Shown one piece after another: positions 39,878 through 50,270 of a DNA stretch of 64,000 bases. The stretch covers positions 2,560,001-2,624,000 of the forward strand of contig OY761159.2 in assembly GCA_963664395.2 (NCBI GenBank), in the 5' to 3' direction. The position numbers were made by a program, and so were the translations under genes. Numbering within the stretch: position 1 is the stretch's first letter; the number at the start of each line of letters is the position of its first letter. This DNA comes from Candidatus Binatia bacterium. GTDB lineage: Bacteria; Desulfobacterota; Binatia; Bin18. The notes beneath the pieces were generated by a model. The model searched no databases, was not told where the DNA came from, and saw only the letters and a list, made by a program, of their open reading frames with translations.

Positions 39878-41530
39878 ATGACGGACATTCAGAACACCAC
39901 ACCTGACACGAACGCAATCTATCCGGTCAGCGCGGAGACCCTGCCCCATTTTGATGCGGTCGTGGTCGGTGCCGGCTTTGGCGGCATGTATATGCTGTAT
40001 AAACTCCGCGAGATGGGCTTCTCGGCCCGCGTGTTTGAGCGCGGCACGGATGTCGGCGGCACCTGGTATTGGAACCGCTATCCCGGCGCCCGCTGCGACG
40101 TGCCCAGCTTGCAGTATTCGTATCAGTTCTCGGAAGACCTTCAGCAGGAGTGGCAGTGGTCAAAAAAATTCTCCGATCAGTCTGAAATTCTGGCCTACGC
40201 CAACCACGTGGCGGATCGCTTTGATCTGCGTAAAGACATACAGTTCAACACCTCGCTTGAGCGGGCCGTCTATAACGAAGAGACCAACACCTGGACGCTG
40301 ACGACCGATACGGGCGAGCAGGTGTCCGCGACTTTTTGCATCATGGCCACCGGCTGTCTGTCGTCCAAGAACATCCCGAACTTTGCAGGCATCGAAGACT
40401 TCGAAGGCGAATGGTTTCACACCGGTAATTGGCCGCATGCAGGCGTCGATTTTACGGGCAAGCGCGTTGGCATTATCGGCACCGGCTCAACCGGCATTCA
40501 GGCCATTCCCGTCATTGCCGAGCAGGCCGGCCACCTGAGTGTCTTTCAGCGCACTCCGCAATACTCCGTGCCGCAGCGCAACCAGCCGACCGACCCGGAA
40601 GAAGAGGTACGGATCAAAGCGGATTACGCCGGCTTTCGCGCCCGCAACAACCGGCTGCCGCTGGCCATGGATATCAACCAATACCTGAACGCGCAGAAGA
40701 CCTTTGAGGTGAGCGACGTCGAGCGTGGGCGTGAATACGAAAGGCGCTGGCAGTTGGGCGGCATGTCGCTGCTGCTGGCCTACGCCGACTCGATGAACGA
40801 TGTTGAGGCCAATAATACGGTGGCCGACTTTATCAAGAAGAAGATTCAGGAAACGGTGCACGACCCCACGGTCGCCGAGGCGCTCCTGCCGGAGCATGTG
40901 TACGCGTGTAAGCGGCCGTGCATGGATACCCATTATTTTGAAACCTATAATCGGCCCAATGTGACCCTGGTCGATTGCCGCACGGTGGGAATTGAGCGGA
41001 TCACCAGGAAAGGCGTGCTGGTTGACGGCGTGGAGCACGAGCTTGATTGCCTCGTGTTTGCGACGGGCTTTGATGCCATGACCGGTTCGCTGCTGCGGAT
41101 TGATATTCGAGGCAGAAACAACCTGACCCTCCAAGAGAAATGGGCGGAAGGTCCGCGCAGTTATCTGGGGTTGGCGTCGGCCGGCTTTCCCAATCTGTTT
41201 ACCATCACGGGGCCGGGGAGTCCGTCTGTCCTGGCGAATATGATCCCAGGCATTGAGCAGCATGTGAATTGGATTGGGGCCTGTCTCGACTATATGCGCC
41301 ACCACCGCCACACAGCCATCGAAGCCACCGTCGAAGCCGAAGGCCCCTGGCATCTGCGCATACAGGAACTCGCTAATCAAACCTTGTGGAACGCGTGTGA
41401 CAACTGGTATCAAGGCGCCAACATTCCAGGGAAACCCCGGGTGTTCATGCCCTATGTGGATTGGGTGGATTATGTCGAACGCTGTGAACAGGTCGTCGAG
41501 AATGCCTACGAGGGCTTCGTCCTGAGCTGA
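39878..41530 (+). CDS. Baeyer-Villiger monooxygenase (cyclohexanone/phenylacetone monooxygenase-like)
   Basis: GAGFGG, GGTWYWNRYPGARCD, FEGEWFHTGNW, GTGSTG, GANIPGKPR. Confidence 0.94.
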   Translation: MTDIQNTTPDTNAIYPVSAETLPHFDAVVVGAGFGGMYMLYKLREMGFSARVFERGTDVGGTWYWNRYPGARCDVPSLQYSYQFSEDLQQEWQWSKKFSDQSEILAYANHVADRFDLRKDIQFNTSLERAVYNEETNTWTLTTDTGEQVSATFCIMATGCLSSKNIPNFAGIEDFEGEWFHTGNWPHAGVDFTGKRVGIIGTGSTGIQAIPVIAEQAGHLSVFQRTPQYSVPQRNQPTDPEEEVRIKADYAGFRARNNRLPLAMDINQYLNAQKTFEVSDVERGREYERRWQLGGMSLLLAYADSMNDVEANNTVADFIKKKIQETVHDPTVAEALLPEHVYACKRPCMDTHYFETYNRPNVTLVDCRTVGIERITRKGVLVDGVEHELDCLVFATGFDAMTGSLLRIDIRGRNNLTLQEKWAEGPRSYLGLASAGFPNLFTITGPGSPSVLANMIPGIEQHVNWIGACLDYMRHHRHTAIEATVEAEGPWHLRIQELANQTLWNACDNWYQGANIPGKPRVFMPYVDWVDYVERCEQVVENAYEGFVLS

Positions 41531-41647
41531 GCAGCCCGATGGAGAAAAACAGCCACCGGCTCTCGCCGAGGGCCGGCCGCTCCTGTCTCCCCTCCCAAGA
41601 GGGGATTATTTGAGGCTATCCGCGGGCTTGCAGGAAGACTGATTCCG

Positions 41648-42493
41648 CTACTGCGGCAAACGGCCGGTCTCGGCAAGCACGCGCCGAATGACCGCTTCGT
41701 CATACTGAAAAGGAAGGGCCGGTGGGTCCGGCATCGTCACGGGCGCGACCGGAAACGGCATATCTCGAGCCGTAGTATTATATACCTCAGCCAATAAAGC
41801 GGGGAGATGAATGACGTCTTCAAGGTTGTAGTGGAGGAGGGTTTCCAGCGCCCCGCTCTCGCCGCGCTCGTGGTAGCGCCATAGCACAACCGCGCACCAG
41901 CCATCCAAATGGGAAACCAATCCCTGACGCTCAAGACCCAGGCGCTTTTCGATTTTTTTCAGACCGCCCTTATACCCCAGCGCAGCGAGTGGATAACGCA
42001 GGTCAATATGAGCCTGCTTGAGGGGAATGCCGAGTTTGGTGCGAAGAAACGGCAGGTCAAATTGCTTGCCGTTATACGTGACCAGGAGGGTGAAGGCTTC
42101 AATGTCCCTCACAAACTGTTCCAGGTTCTGGCCGTGCACATAGACCCGCGGCCGCTCGCCATCGTATATGCCGATAACGGTAATCATGGATTCCTCAGCG
42201 CCGAGGCCGGTCGTTTCAATATCAAGATACGCAACCCGCTCGGAAAACTCCGCATACAGCCGCCAATGGAGCTGGTGTGGGAGGCGCGTGATGAAGTACT
42301 GGGCGTCCCGTTTTTCGAGCGCAATCAATGAGCGTTCAAGTTCAAAACGCGCTTCGTCTTGTCGCCATTGAGGCAGCCGGCCAAGTGTCGGGTTGTCCAG
42401 AAATTGTTCCCAACTGGTGACGCCGGCTTTCCACAACCGCTTCTCAGTTCTCTCGCCAATCCCCTGGATGTGGCGGAAGGTGTGTTTCAGCAT
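41648..42493 (-). CDS. YprB-like RNase H-fold exonuclease with N-terminal HhH
   Basis: GIGERTE, YLDIETTG, TYNGKQFD, GGLKKIE, YNLEDV. Confidence 0.88.
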   Translation of the reverse strand: MLKHTFRHIQGIGERTEKRLWKAGVTSWEQFLDNPTLGRLPQWRQDEARFELERSLIALEKRDAQYFITRLPHQLHWRLYAEFSERVAYLDIETTGLGAEESMITVIGIYDGERPRVYVHGQNLEQFVRDIEAFTLLVTYNGKQFDLPFLRTKLGIPLKQAHIDLRYPLAALGYKGGLKKIEKRLGLERQGLVSHLDGWCAVVLWRYHERGESGALETLLHYNLEDVIHLPALLAEVYNTTARDMPFPVAPVTMPDPPALPFQYDEAVIRRVLAETGRLPQ

Positions 42494-42496
42494 GGA

Positions 42497-44182
42497 TTAC
42501 TGTTCATAGCTCCGCAGCACGCGGCCGGGTCGGGCGCCAGTCGGTTCGCCATCGCGCAACAGGACCTGTCCGTTGACGACGGTATACCGATAGCCCTCAG
42601 AGCGCGCGACCAGGCGCGAGGCACCGCCGGGAAAGTCCTGAACGAATTCCTTGGGCTTGGCCCGGACAGTATCGGGATCAAAAATCGTCAGGTCTGCGGC
42701 CATGCCCTGTCTGAGCAGACCCCGCTTGGGGATGCCGAGCAGTTGGGCGGGCGTAAAAGTCAGCCGACTGACCGCGTGTTCCAGACTGAGCGCCTTTTTC
42801 TCCCTGACCCAGTGACTCAACAGAAAGCTGGGGTAGGTCACCTGGCACAAAAACGAAATATGGGCGCCGCCATCCGAGCCACCCGTCAACACATAAGGGT
42901 TGGTGGCCAGGGCGCGCACGGCTTCTTCGTCGCCATTCTGAAAGCCGGTGATCAGAAACTGGGTGTCCAGGTTTTCGGCAACCGACAGGTCGAGCATGGC
43001 TTCAAGCGGCGTTTTGCCCTGTTCTCGGCCAATGGTCACCAAGTCTTTGCCAACCAGGTGCTGGTGTTCGTCTTGGCGGACGCTATCGACACAGATGTCC
43101 TGCATACGCTTTGAGAAAACCTTCGGGGATGGATCGTCCAGGTCACGCTGCATGGCGGCCCGATGGGCAGGGTCCGAGAGATTGGCGATCTTCTCGGGAC
43201 GACGGCCCTGAATGGCGGCTTTCCACGCCGGCAGGTCCTCAAACACGGCACCCCGCAGTGAGAAAGTAAGATCGAAACGTTCACACAAAGACAACGGATG
43301 GACCCGAGCGCCTTCCCGAAAGGCGTCTTCGGTCCAATCCAGCACTTGTTTCCAATGGTCGGGGGCCGCCCACGTCTGAGACAACAGATTCCACAGCACC
43401 GGGCGTCCGCTTTCTCTTGATAAGCGGGCCAGATAGTCCATATCTTTGGGACCCACGGTTGGAATACCCGGCGGAATGACACATATCGTCCCACGATGGA
43501 AATCTTTTAGTGTACTGGCTAACGCAACGGTTTCGTCTTCTTCGGCAAAGCGGCTGGGCACGGGGATGCCATCCCCGTCAAAATGGACTGGTCCATATGA
43601 CGAAGAGAAGCCGAACGCGCCCACTTCGACACACTCTTTCACAACCGCCTGCATGGCCAGCACTTCGTCTTGGGTGGCCGGTCGTCTGCGGGCGTCATCG
43701 CCCATCACGTTGTAGCGGATGGTTGAATGCGGGGCTAAGGACATGACGTTCACCCCGAGTTGGTGGTCGAGGGCGTCGAGATATTCGCCGTACGATTCCC
43801 ACGTCCAGGGCACCCCAGCCTTGAGGCTGCCCAGCGGTATGCCTTCGACCTTGCCCAGCATGCGGGTGATATAGTCGCGGTCTGCCGGTTTGCACGGCGC
43901 CAGGCCAAAGCCACAGTTGGTCATGAAGACGCTGGTGAAGCCATGCCAGGAGCTGGGCGTTGCCAGCGGGTCCCAAAAAAGCTGGGCATCATAGTGGGTA
44001 TGAACGTCGATGAATCCAGGGGAGACGACCAGCCCTTTGGCGTCAATGACCTCTGTCGCCGGGCCGTCGACTTTGCCCATCGCGGCAATGCTGCCCTCTG
44101 CAACCGCCACATCTCCATAATAGCCGGGCTGGCCTGAGCCATCGACCAGAAATCCATTTTTAATCAGCAGGTCATAGTGCAT
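42497..44182 (-). CDS. N-acyl-D-amino-acid deacylase family amidohydrolase
   Basis: PGFIDVHTHYDAQ, NCGFGLAP, SDGGAH, ADLTIFDP. Confidence 0.92.
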   Translation of the reverse strand: MHYDLLIKNGFLVDGSGQPGYYGDVAVAEGSIAAMGKVDGPATEVIDAKGLVVSPGFIDVHTHYDAQLFWDPLATPSSWHGFTSVFMTNCGFGLAPCKPADRDYITRMLGKVEGIPLGSLKAGVPWTWESYGEYLDALDHQLGVNVMSLAPHSTIRYNVMGDDARRRPATQDEVLAMQAVVKECVEVGAFGFSSSYGPVHFDGDGIPVPSRFAEEDETVALASTLKDFHRGTICVIPPGIPTVGPKDMDYLARLSRESGRPVLWNLLSQTWAAPDHWKQVLDWTEDAFREGARVHPLSLCERFDLTFSLRGAVFEDLPAWKAAIQGRRPEKIANLSDPAHRAAMQRDLDDPSPKVFSKRMQDICVDSVRQDEHQHLVGKDLVTIGREQGKTPLEAMLDLSVAENLDTQFLITGFQNGDEEAVRALATNPYVLTGGSDGGAHISFLCQVTYPSFLLSHWVREKKALSLEHAVSRLTFTPAQLLGIPKRGLLRQGMAADLTIFDPDTVRAKPKEFVQDFPGGASRLVARSEGYRYTVVNGQVLLRDGEPTGARPGRVLRSYEQ

Positions 44183-44394
44183 AACGCCTCCCTCTCTTAC
44201 CGGCCCGTATCGCCCGGACTGTAGCGGCTTTCCTGGGAATCGACAAGGATTCTCAGGGGATTCTCAAGGATCGGCACGAGGCGTGGAACAGTTTGAGTTC
44301 AGGGCCATGTGTTTTTCCTTTGTCCGAAAACTTGCTATACCAGTCATGTCGGGAACGGGGTCTGGAGCCTACCCGACTGTGGAAGGAGACGCGG

Positions 44395-45144
44395 ATGTGG
44401 GGAGGGGCAGTCAGGATATGTGGGATGGCGCTGTGTCTCCTGTTGCCCGCCTGTTCGTCAAACAAGCCACCCACACCCACCCAAAACTTTGTGACCTGGA
44501 GTACCCAAGCCCCTCAACACAAAAAACAGCTGTGCGTCCTGCCCTTTGAAGACACGAGCCCTATTGATGGGCTGGCAGAAAAGGTGCGCCAAGGGGTCGC
44601 GGGTCATCTGAGCCTCAAACGTTTTACTGATACTGAGTTGTACGAAATAGACGCGGCGCTTGTGGGCGTAGACAATTGGCGCAGCCTGACGCCACAAGCA
44701 CTTGGCCGGAAACTCAATTGTGACGCTTTAGTGTATGGCCGGGTCTCGAAGCTGGATCGGATCTACGTAGGATTCTATTCCCAACTGGCCCTTGAAGGTA
44801 CGCTCCAAATTGTAGAATCGGCCACCGGTCGCACGCTTATTCACGAGACCTATACAACGCGTTTGCATGACGCGGGGCTGCCGCTCTCCCCGGTGAGTCT
44901 GCTAACCAGTGCCGTCCGTAATTTATGGACCTTCACCGACGCTCAGGTTGTTCGTGCCATCGACGACTTGAGTCGCAATCTTGCCGCTCTTGTGCCCGAT
45001 CTACCCGAAACAGACGCGGGAACGAGTCCGGCTCCTGAAAAAGAACATCCCGATTTGACCCAGCCGGTTCGGCCGGCGGCAGAACCAGGCGCGGACTCAG
45101 AGCGAGAGCCGCCTCTGGCAACGCCGCCCTTTCCCCCTTCCTGA
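44395..45144 (+). CDS. Putative lipoprotein (DUF799/GNA1162-like) with Pro-rich tail
   Basis: AAGGAG RBS, lipobox LPAC, VLPFED, LG..L.CDALVYG.V. Confidence 0.7.
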   Translation: MWGGAVRICGMALCLLLPACSSNKPPTPTQNFVTWSTQAPQHKKQLCVLPFEDTSPIDGLAEKVRQGVAGHLSLKRFTDTELYEIDAALVGVDNWRSLTPQALGRKLNCDALVYGRVSKLDRIYVGFYSQLALEGTLQIVESATGRTLIHETYTTRLHDAGLPLSPVSLLTSAVRNLWTFTDAQVVRAIDDLSRNLAALVPDLPETDAGTSPAPEKEHPDLTQPVRPAAEPGADSEREPPLATPPFPPS

Positions 45145-45215
45145 CGCTGTAAGGACGAGGCTGTCTTGCCCCTCCACACTGTGCTATCCAAAGAAAAAAG
45201 CCAGGGGAGATATCT

Positions 45216-46013
45216 ATGGCCGGGAAACTCGACGGACAGGTGGCGGTTGTCACCGCTGGAGGCTCTGGGATCGGTGCTGCGTCAGCAGTCCGCTTTGCAC
45301 AGGAAGGTGCGGCGGTCATCGTAGCAGATTTGAGTGGGAAACGGGCGGAAGCGATCACTGTGCAGATCAATGACACGGGTGGGAGAGCGACCATGATCAA
45401 AATGGATGTCTCTGACCCGGAAGGCATCCAAGCCACGCTTCAGCTCGCGCTCGATACCTATGGCCGTCTCGATGTCATGTTTAACAATGCCGGCCTCGGG
45501 GAGCTGGCCCTGCTTGAGGACACGTCCCTCGAAAGCTGGAATCGGACGATTGCTGTCACGCTGACCGGAACATTTCTGGGCATGAAGTACTGCCTGCCAA
45601 TTATGCGTCAGCAGGCAAAAGGCTCTATCGTCAACACCGCGTCCGTGTCCGGCATAGGCGGCGACTACGGCATGTCGGCGTATAATGCGGCCAAGGCCGG
45701 TGTGATCAACCTCAGCCGCGCGGCAGCGATTGAGAACGCCAAATATAAGATCCGGGTGAACTGCGTCTGCCCCGGAGCGATTAACACTCGCGTGGCCCAA
45801 CTCTTAAGCGGCGATCGAGCCGACGAATTCCGCCGTCTCCAAGGCGCAGCTCATCCACTCGGCCGCATGGGGGAGCCGGAAGAAATTGCCAATACGGTGC
45901 TGTTCCTGGCGTCGGATGAAGCCTCGTTTATCACCGGTCAGGCGCTCGCTGTGGACGGTGGCGTGACCGCACATACCGGACTCCCGAATATGCTGAGTAT
46001 CCAAACAGGCTGA
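45216..46013 (+). CDS. Short-chain dehydrogenase/reductase
   Basis: TAGGSGIG, NNAG, YNAAK, SFITGQ.L.VDGG. Confidence 0.95.
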   Translation: MAGKLDGQVAVVTAGGSGIGAASAVRFAQEGAAVIVADLSGKRAEAITVQINDTGGRATMIKMDVSDPEGIQATLQLALDTYGRLDVMFNNAGLGELALLEDTSLESWNRTIAVTLTGTFLGMKYCLPIMRQQAKGSIVNTASVSGIGGDYGMSAYNAAKAGVINLSRAAAIENAKYKIRVNCVCPGAINTRVAQLLSGDRADEFRRLQGAAHPLGRMGEPEEIANTVLFLASDEASFITGQALAVDGGVTAHTGLPNMLSIQTG

Positions 46014-46056
46014 GGCTCATCCAGAAAGCCAATCGGAAAGCCAACAAGGAGCGCGT

Positions 46057-46800
46057 GTGGACTGGGCAGCCCTGAGAGCGGCGAAAGAAGCGGACGGTCA
46101 GCAAGGTGCAGCCGCGCCGCTGAGCGAGGTCACCCCGAGCATTCGTGATTTTGCTCAGTTTGTGACCACGCAGAAACAGGAACTCGGCCTTATCCCCGCG
46201 CTCAAACGCATTGATCCGGATAGCGGCAAATCCTGGCCCGCTCTGGACGTGGTTGCGCTCGCCCAAGCCTGCGACGATACGGAAGTCGGGGCCATCGGCG
46301 TGTATACCGAACCGAGCATGTTCGGCACGTCGAATGAGGATATGCGCGCGATTTCGGATAGAGTCACCACCCCGCTGTTGGCCCTCGATCTCGTCCTGCA
46401 CGACAGCCAGATCCATCAGGCCCGGCTGTGTGGGGCGGATGCGATTTTGCTGTGGGCCGACGCGGTCGATGCGCCGACCTTAGCCCGTCTGATGACCACC
46501 GCCCATTCCATCCACGTGGTCCCCGTTGTCATGGCCCGGACAGCCGACGAACTCCGCCAGGCGCTGGCGGCTGAGAGTTTCATCATCGGTCTGGCCTCTC
46601 CACACGGAAAACTCGATACCGCCCACGTCTCGGCGCTTGCCGCTCAGATCCCGCGGCGGAAGACTATCATCTCGCTGGATGAGCTGAGCACGCCCGAGGA
46701 GGCCGCCGCACTGCTCGGCCAGGTCGATGCCGCGCTCGTGAGCCATTACGTGCTTGAGGCGACTGACGTGGAAGGAAGTTTGACCGAGTTGATGAAATAG
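46057..46800 (+). CDS. Indole-3-glycerol-phosphate synthase-like TIM barrel, catalytic residues substituted
   Basis: TrpC-like scaffold (AIGVYTE..FGTS.ED, QI.QAR..GADAILL) without AExK, RKDF, VEVH, NNR or ESG motifs. Confidence 0.75.
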   Translation: MDWAALRAAKEADGQQGAAAPLSEVTPSIRDFAQFVTTQKQELGLIPALKRIDPDSGKSWPALDVVALAQACDDTEVGAIGVYTEPSMFGTSNEDMRAISDRVTTPLLALDLVLHDSQIHQARLCGADAILLWADAVDAPTLARLMTTAHSIHVVPVVMARTADELRQALAAESFIIGLASPHGKLDTAHVSALAAQIPRRKTIISLDELSTPEEAAALLGQVDAALVSHYVLEATDVEGSLTELMK

Positions 46801-46844
46801 GGTTCGGACTGAACCTCGGCCCCCTCCGGGCGGACGAGCCCGGA

Positions 46845-47261
46845 CTACACCCCCGTTACGTCAAACCCTAATGCCCGGGCAGCCGTTGCCTGTTGTCGGT
46901 CGTGAGTCGCAAACGTCAACGACGGGACGTGACGCTCGTGCAACAGCAGCGCACTGGCAAGGTGAATGGCGTCCAGCGTTTTCACCGCGGTCGCCAGAGG
47001 GAGGGCGGCACGCCAGAGGACCGCCTGTGTCACTCGGAGGGTCCCCAGCCTCCGTTCCATAACTTTGAGTGCTTCGTGCGCCTGCACGACGCCGTCATCG
47101 TCCAGGACAGACTCAAGTCGAAGCCGGTCAATGGTGCGTCGTGCCTCAACACCCATCATAGCGCTGGAGTAGGCTCGCTCCCACGTTCCCCACATCTGCA
47201 ATGGCTTCGCTTGCCCGAAGAGAACCCGGAGCACCACGCTGGTATCCAGATAGACAATCAA
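46845..47261 (-). CDS. vapC: VapC/PIN-domain toxin
   Basis: YLDTS, TLDAIHLASA, F.THD. Confidence 0.92.
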   Translation of the reverse strand: MIVYLDTSVVLRVLFGQAKPLQMWGTWERAYSSAMMGVEARRTIDRLRLESVLDDDGVVQAHEALKVMERRLGTLRVTQAVLWRAALPLATAVKTLDAIHLASALLLHERHVPSLTFATHDRQQATAARALGFDVTGV

Positions 47262-47515
47262 CGCTGGTCCCGGCCCTCCCTGAGCAGCTTCACCACATCG
47301 ACCTTTTTACGAAGTCGGACGGGTTTTGGCCAGGCGCGCTCGCGGTCCGTTATCACCGGCTCTTCAATCCCGAGTTCATCAGTATCCTGCGTGTAAGGAA
47401 TCAGTCGGGCAATGGGTGTTTTCCGATCACACACAACCACGGTCTCTCCCTTACGGACCTCTGACAGATAGGCGCTCAACTTCGCCTTCAGCTCCGATAC
47501 CATTGCCTGTTTCAT
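47258..47515 (-). CDS. Phd/YefM antitoxin
   Basis: VSELKAKLSAYL..V..GE.V.V.DR..PIARL. Confidence 0.92.
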   Translation of the reverse strand: MKQAMVSELKAKLSAYLSEVRKGETVVVCDRKTPIARLIPYTQDTDELGIEEPVITDRERAWPKPVRLRKKVDVVKLLREGRDQR

Positions 47516-47526
47516 GATCTTGTTAT

Positions 47527-47540
47527 GACTAGATATAGTC
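47527..47540. promoter_or_regulatory. Palindromic operator candidate GACTA-GATA-TAGTC upstream of phd-vapC
   Basis: Inverted repeat about 12 nt before the antitoxin start. Confidence 0.55.
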
Positions 47541-47685
47541 TCCTCGTCAAGGGAAGAAAAATATAGAGGACAGCACGGTTACGTACCAGGTGCGAATTGT
47601 GCGCAAGGTTGCAGACCTTTCCACACTATGCCATTTTCCAAAGGCGCTAAGAGTCCTGATTTTACACAGAAAAGGGAGCTACCAG

Positions 47686-48765
47686 ATGAAGTTCGGCATG
47701 ATGTATGAGATCCAGATCCCTGAGCCTCACACCCCCAATATTGTGCAAGACACCTATAAACAGGTCATCGCCCAGGTCATGCTGGCCGAGGAGATGGGCT
47801 TTGAGTATTTCTGGACGGTCGAGCATCATTTTTTGACCGAGTTTTCCTACTGTCCCGCCCCGGAGGTCTTGTACGGTGCGATCTCGCAGCGGACCAAGAC
47901 CATCCGGATCGGTCATGCGGTTGCGCTGCTGCCGCCCCAGTATAATCATCCGATCCGGGTGGCGGAACGCGCTGCGGTCCTCGACCTGTTGAGTGACGGG
48001 CGGGTCGAACTCGGCACGGGACGCTCGACCACGCTGATTGAGATGGAAGGGTTCGGGATCGATCCGGAAGATACCAAGCCGATGTGGGAAGAAGCCATCT
48101 CGATCATCCCGCGGATGTGGCTCGAAGATCCCTTTTCGCACGAGGGGAAATATTTCAAGATTCCGCCCCGCTCGATCATTCCCAAACCAGTCCAGAAACC
48201 CCACCCGCCCTTGTGGGTGGCCTGTGCCCAGCCCGATAGTTTTACGGCCGCCGGTAAGAAAGGCATTGGCGCGTTGTGCTTTCATATCGGCCAACCGGAG
48301 GAACTCGCCCGCCGGGTGCAACTCTACCGGGAAGGCATAGCCCAGGCCGAGCCGGTTGGTGCCTTTGTGAATAACCAAGTTGCCGCCCTCGGTATCGTCC
48401 ACTGTGCGGAAAGCGACAAACAGGCCCGAGCAGTGGGCGGCCCGGCGGGCGAATGGTTTCTCAATAAAACCCTCCAACTCTACCGGCCCTGGCAAGAACA
48501 GGGGACGAAGATACCCGATTCCTACAAATTTGCAGTGGACTCAGTCCGTGGGGAACGATCGGGCAAGTCGTTGGACGAACTCATTGAAGGCGGTATGTTT
48601 TGCATGGGCGATCCGGATAGCTGTATTCGGACACTCAAGAAATATGAAGAAGCTGGTGTTGATCAAGTGCTGTGCTTTATGCAGTTCGGTGGTATTCCGC
48701 ACCAAAACATTATGGATTCAATCCGCCTGTTCGGGAAATATGTGGTCCCGTATTTTCGACCATAA
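47686..48765 (+). CDS. LLM-class flavin-dependent oxidoreductase
   Basis: WTVEHHF, HPIRVAER..LD.LSDGR, PKPVQKPHPP. Confidence 0.93.
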   Translation: MKFGMMYEIQIPEPHTPNIVQDTYKQVIAQVMLAEEMGFEYFWTVEHHFLTEFSYCPAPEVLYGAISQRTKTIRIGHAVALLPPQYNHPIRVAERAAVLDLLSDGRVELGTGRSTTLIEMEGFGIDPEDTKPMWEEAISIIPRMWLEDPFSHEGKYFKIPPRSIIPKPVQKPHPPLWVACAQPDSFTAAGKKGIGALCFHIGQPEELARRVQLYREGIAQAEPVGAFVNNQVAALGIVHCAESDKQARAVGGPAGEWFLNKTLQLYRPWQEQGTKIPDSYKFAVDSVRGERSGKSLDELIEGGMFCMGDPDSCIRTLKKYEEAGVDQVLCFMQFGGIPHQNIMDSIRLFGKYVVPYFRP

Positions 48766-48784
48766 GCATGTAACGATAATCTTT

Positions 48785-49765
48785 TCACAGGACCTGCGGG
48801 TTCACCGGCGTGGGCGGACGCCGGCCACTGAGAAAGGCGGCGATGTTTTTTGCCGCCAGCGTGGCCATGCGCGTCCGGGTGGCAATACTGGCGCTGCCAA
48901 CGTGGGGGACAACCAGGCAGTTGTCGAGCGTCAGCAAGGGGTCGTCCGCGGGCAGCGGCTCCGGGTCAGTCACGTCAAGCGCAGCCCCGGCGATGACGTT
49001 GTCCCGCAAGGCCTCATACAGGGCGGGCGCATCAACAATCGGCCCGCGTGCGGCGTTCACCAGAAAGGCTGTGGGCTTCATCTTTTTGAGCTGCGGTGCC
49101 GAGATGAGCCGGTGCGTTTGCGGACCGAGCGGAACCAGCACAACCACAAAGTCCGACTCGCTCAGGAGGGTATCCATATCGACCCGCGTACACCCGAGCT
49201 GCTCCTCAGCGTCTTTGTTCTGACTGCGATTATGGTACAGCACACGCATATCAAAGCCCCGCGCCCGCTTGGCGACTTCGATTCCAATGCGCCCAAGGCC
49301 AATAATGCCCAGCGTGGCATGATGCACGTCCGTCCCAAGAAAGACGAACGGGCTCCACACCGGCCACTGACCGGCGCGTACGCGGCGTTCGCCTTCGCCG
49401 ATTCGGCGGGCGATGCCCAGCATGAGAGCGAAGGTGAGGTCGGCGGTGGTTTCGGTTAAAACGCCCGGCGTGTTGGTCAGTACGACGCCACGACGGGTCA
49501 GCGCCGGGACATCCACATTGTCATACCCGACGGCCATATTGGCGACGATCTTGAGCTGGGGCGCATGGTCGAGCAGGTCGTCATCGATGCGTTCCGTGAC
49601 CATTCCCAGCAGGGCAACGGTATCGATAATTTCTTGCAGCAAGGTCTCACGCGGAATGGCGTGGTCTGACTCCCAGACCTGCACCTCGCCGCAGGTCCGT
49701 AAGGGTGCCAGCGCTTCTTCAGGAAGCCTGCGGGTGACATAAATGTTTGGTTGTTGCTGAGACAT
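48785..49765 (-). CDS. D-2-hydroxyacid dehydrogenase (glyoxylate reductase / D-glycerate dehydrogenase)
   Basis: VGYDNVD, TNTPGVLTETTAD, GLGRIG, NAARG, PHVGSA. Confidence 0.93.
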   Translation of the reverse strand: MSQQQPNIYVTRRLPEEALAPLRTCGEVQVWESDHAIPRETLLQEIIDTVALLGMVTERIDDDLLDHAPQLKIVANMAVGYDNVDVPALTRRGVVLTNTPGVLTETTADLTFALMLGIARRIGEGERRVRAGQWPVWSPFVFLGTDVHHATLGIIGLGRIGIEVAKRARGFDMRVLYHNRSQNKDAEEQLGCTRVDMDTLLSESDFVVVLVPLGPQTHRLISAPQLKKMKPTAFLVNAARGPIVDAPALYEALRDNVIAGAALDVTDPEPLPADDPLLTLDNCLVVPHVGSASIATRTRMATLAAKNIAAFLSGRRPPTPVNPQVL

Positions 49766-49874
49766 GGACGTTCCCTCACATATCGGAAGCACGGAGAGGG
49801 TGGCATAATCGCGCTTGAAATACTAGATTGGAAACGTAACGCGGCCACGAATAGAAGAGTTGAGGAGTCAAGCA

Positions 49875-50264
49875 ATGGACCAGCCCTCCGAGAAAAGTAT
49901 TAAACGCATGCGGATCTACGTTGAAAAATATATGCAGAAAACCGGCACCTCGGGCCATCCGGAGGCTGAGGTGACCGAATCGGTGATTCTGGGTCTGGCC
50001 AATAATATCGACGCGGTCGGCCGCCCGCTCTGTCCGTGTAATTTTTATCCCGACAAAAAAGCCGAAGTCGAGCGCAGCCGCGAGTGGGTCTGCGCCTGTG
50101 ACGAAATGAAGAAGTGGAAATACTGCCACTGCCTGCTGTTCGTGACACCCGAGGGTCTGCCGATTACCGAGCATCTGCCCGAAGACCACGAGGGCCGTCA
50201 AATCTACGGCCTCGTCAAAGACCCGACGCCGGGCAAGGGCCGGGAACTGGCAGACAAAGACTAG
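49875..50264 (+). CDS. Ferredoxin-thioredoxin reductase catalytic (beta) subunit-like protein
   Basis: LCPC...WVCAC..M....CHCLLF. Confidence 0.85.
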   Translation: MDQPSEKSIKRMRIYVEKYMQKTGTSGHPEAEVTESVILGLANNIDAVGRPLCPCNFYPDKKAEVERSREWVCACDEMKKWKYCHCLLFVTPEGLPITEHLPEDHEGRQIYGLVKDPTPGKGRELADKD

Positions 50265-50270
50265 CCGCAA

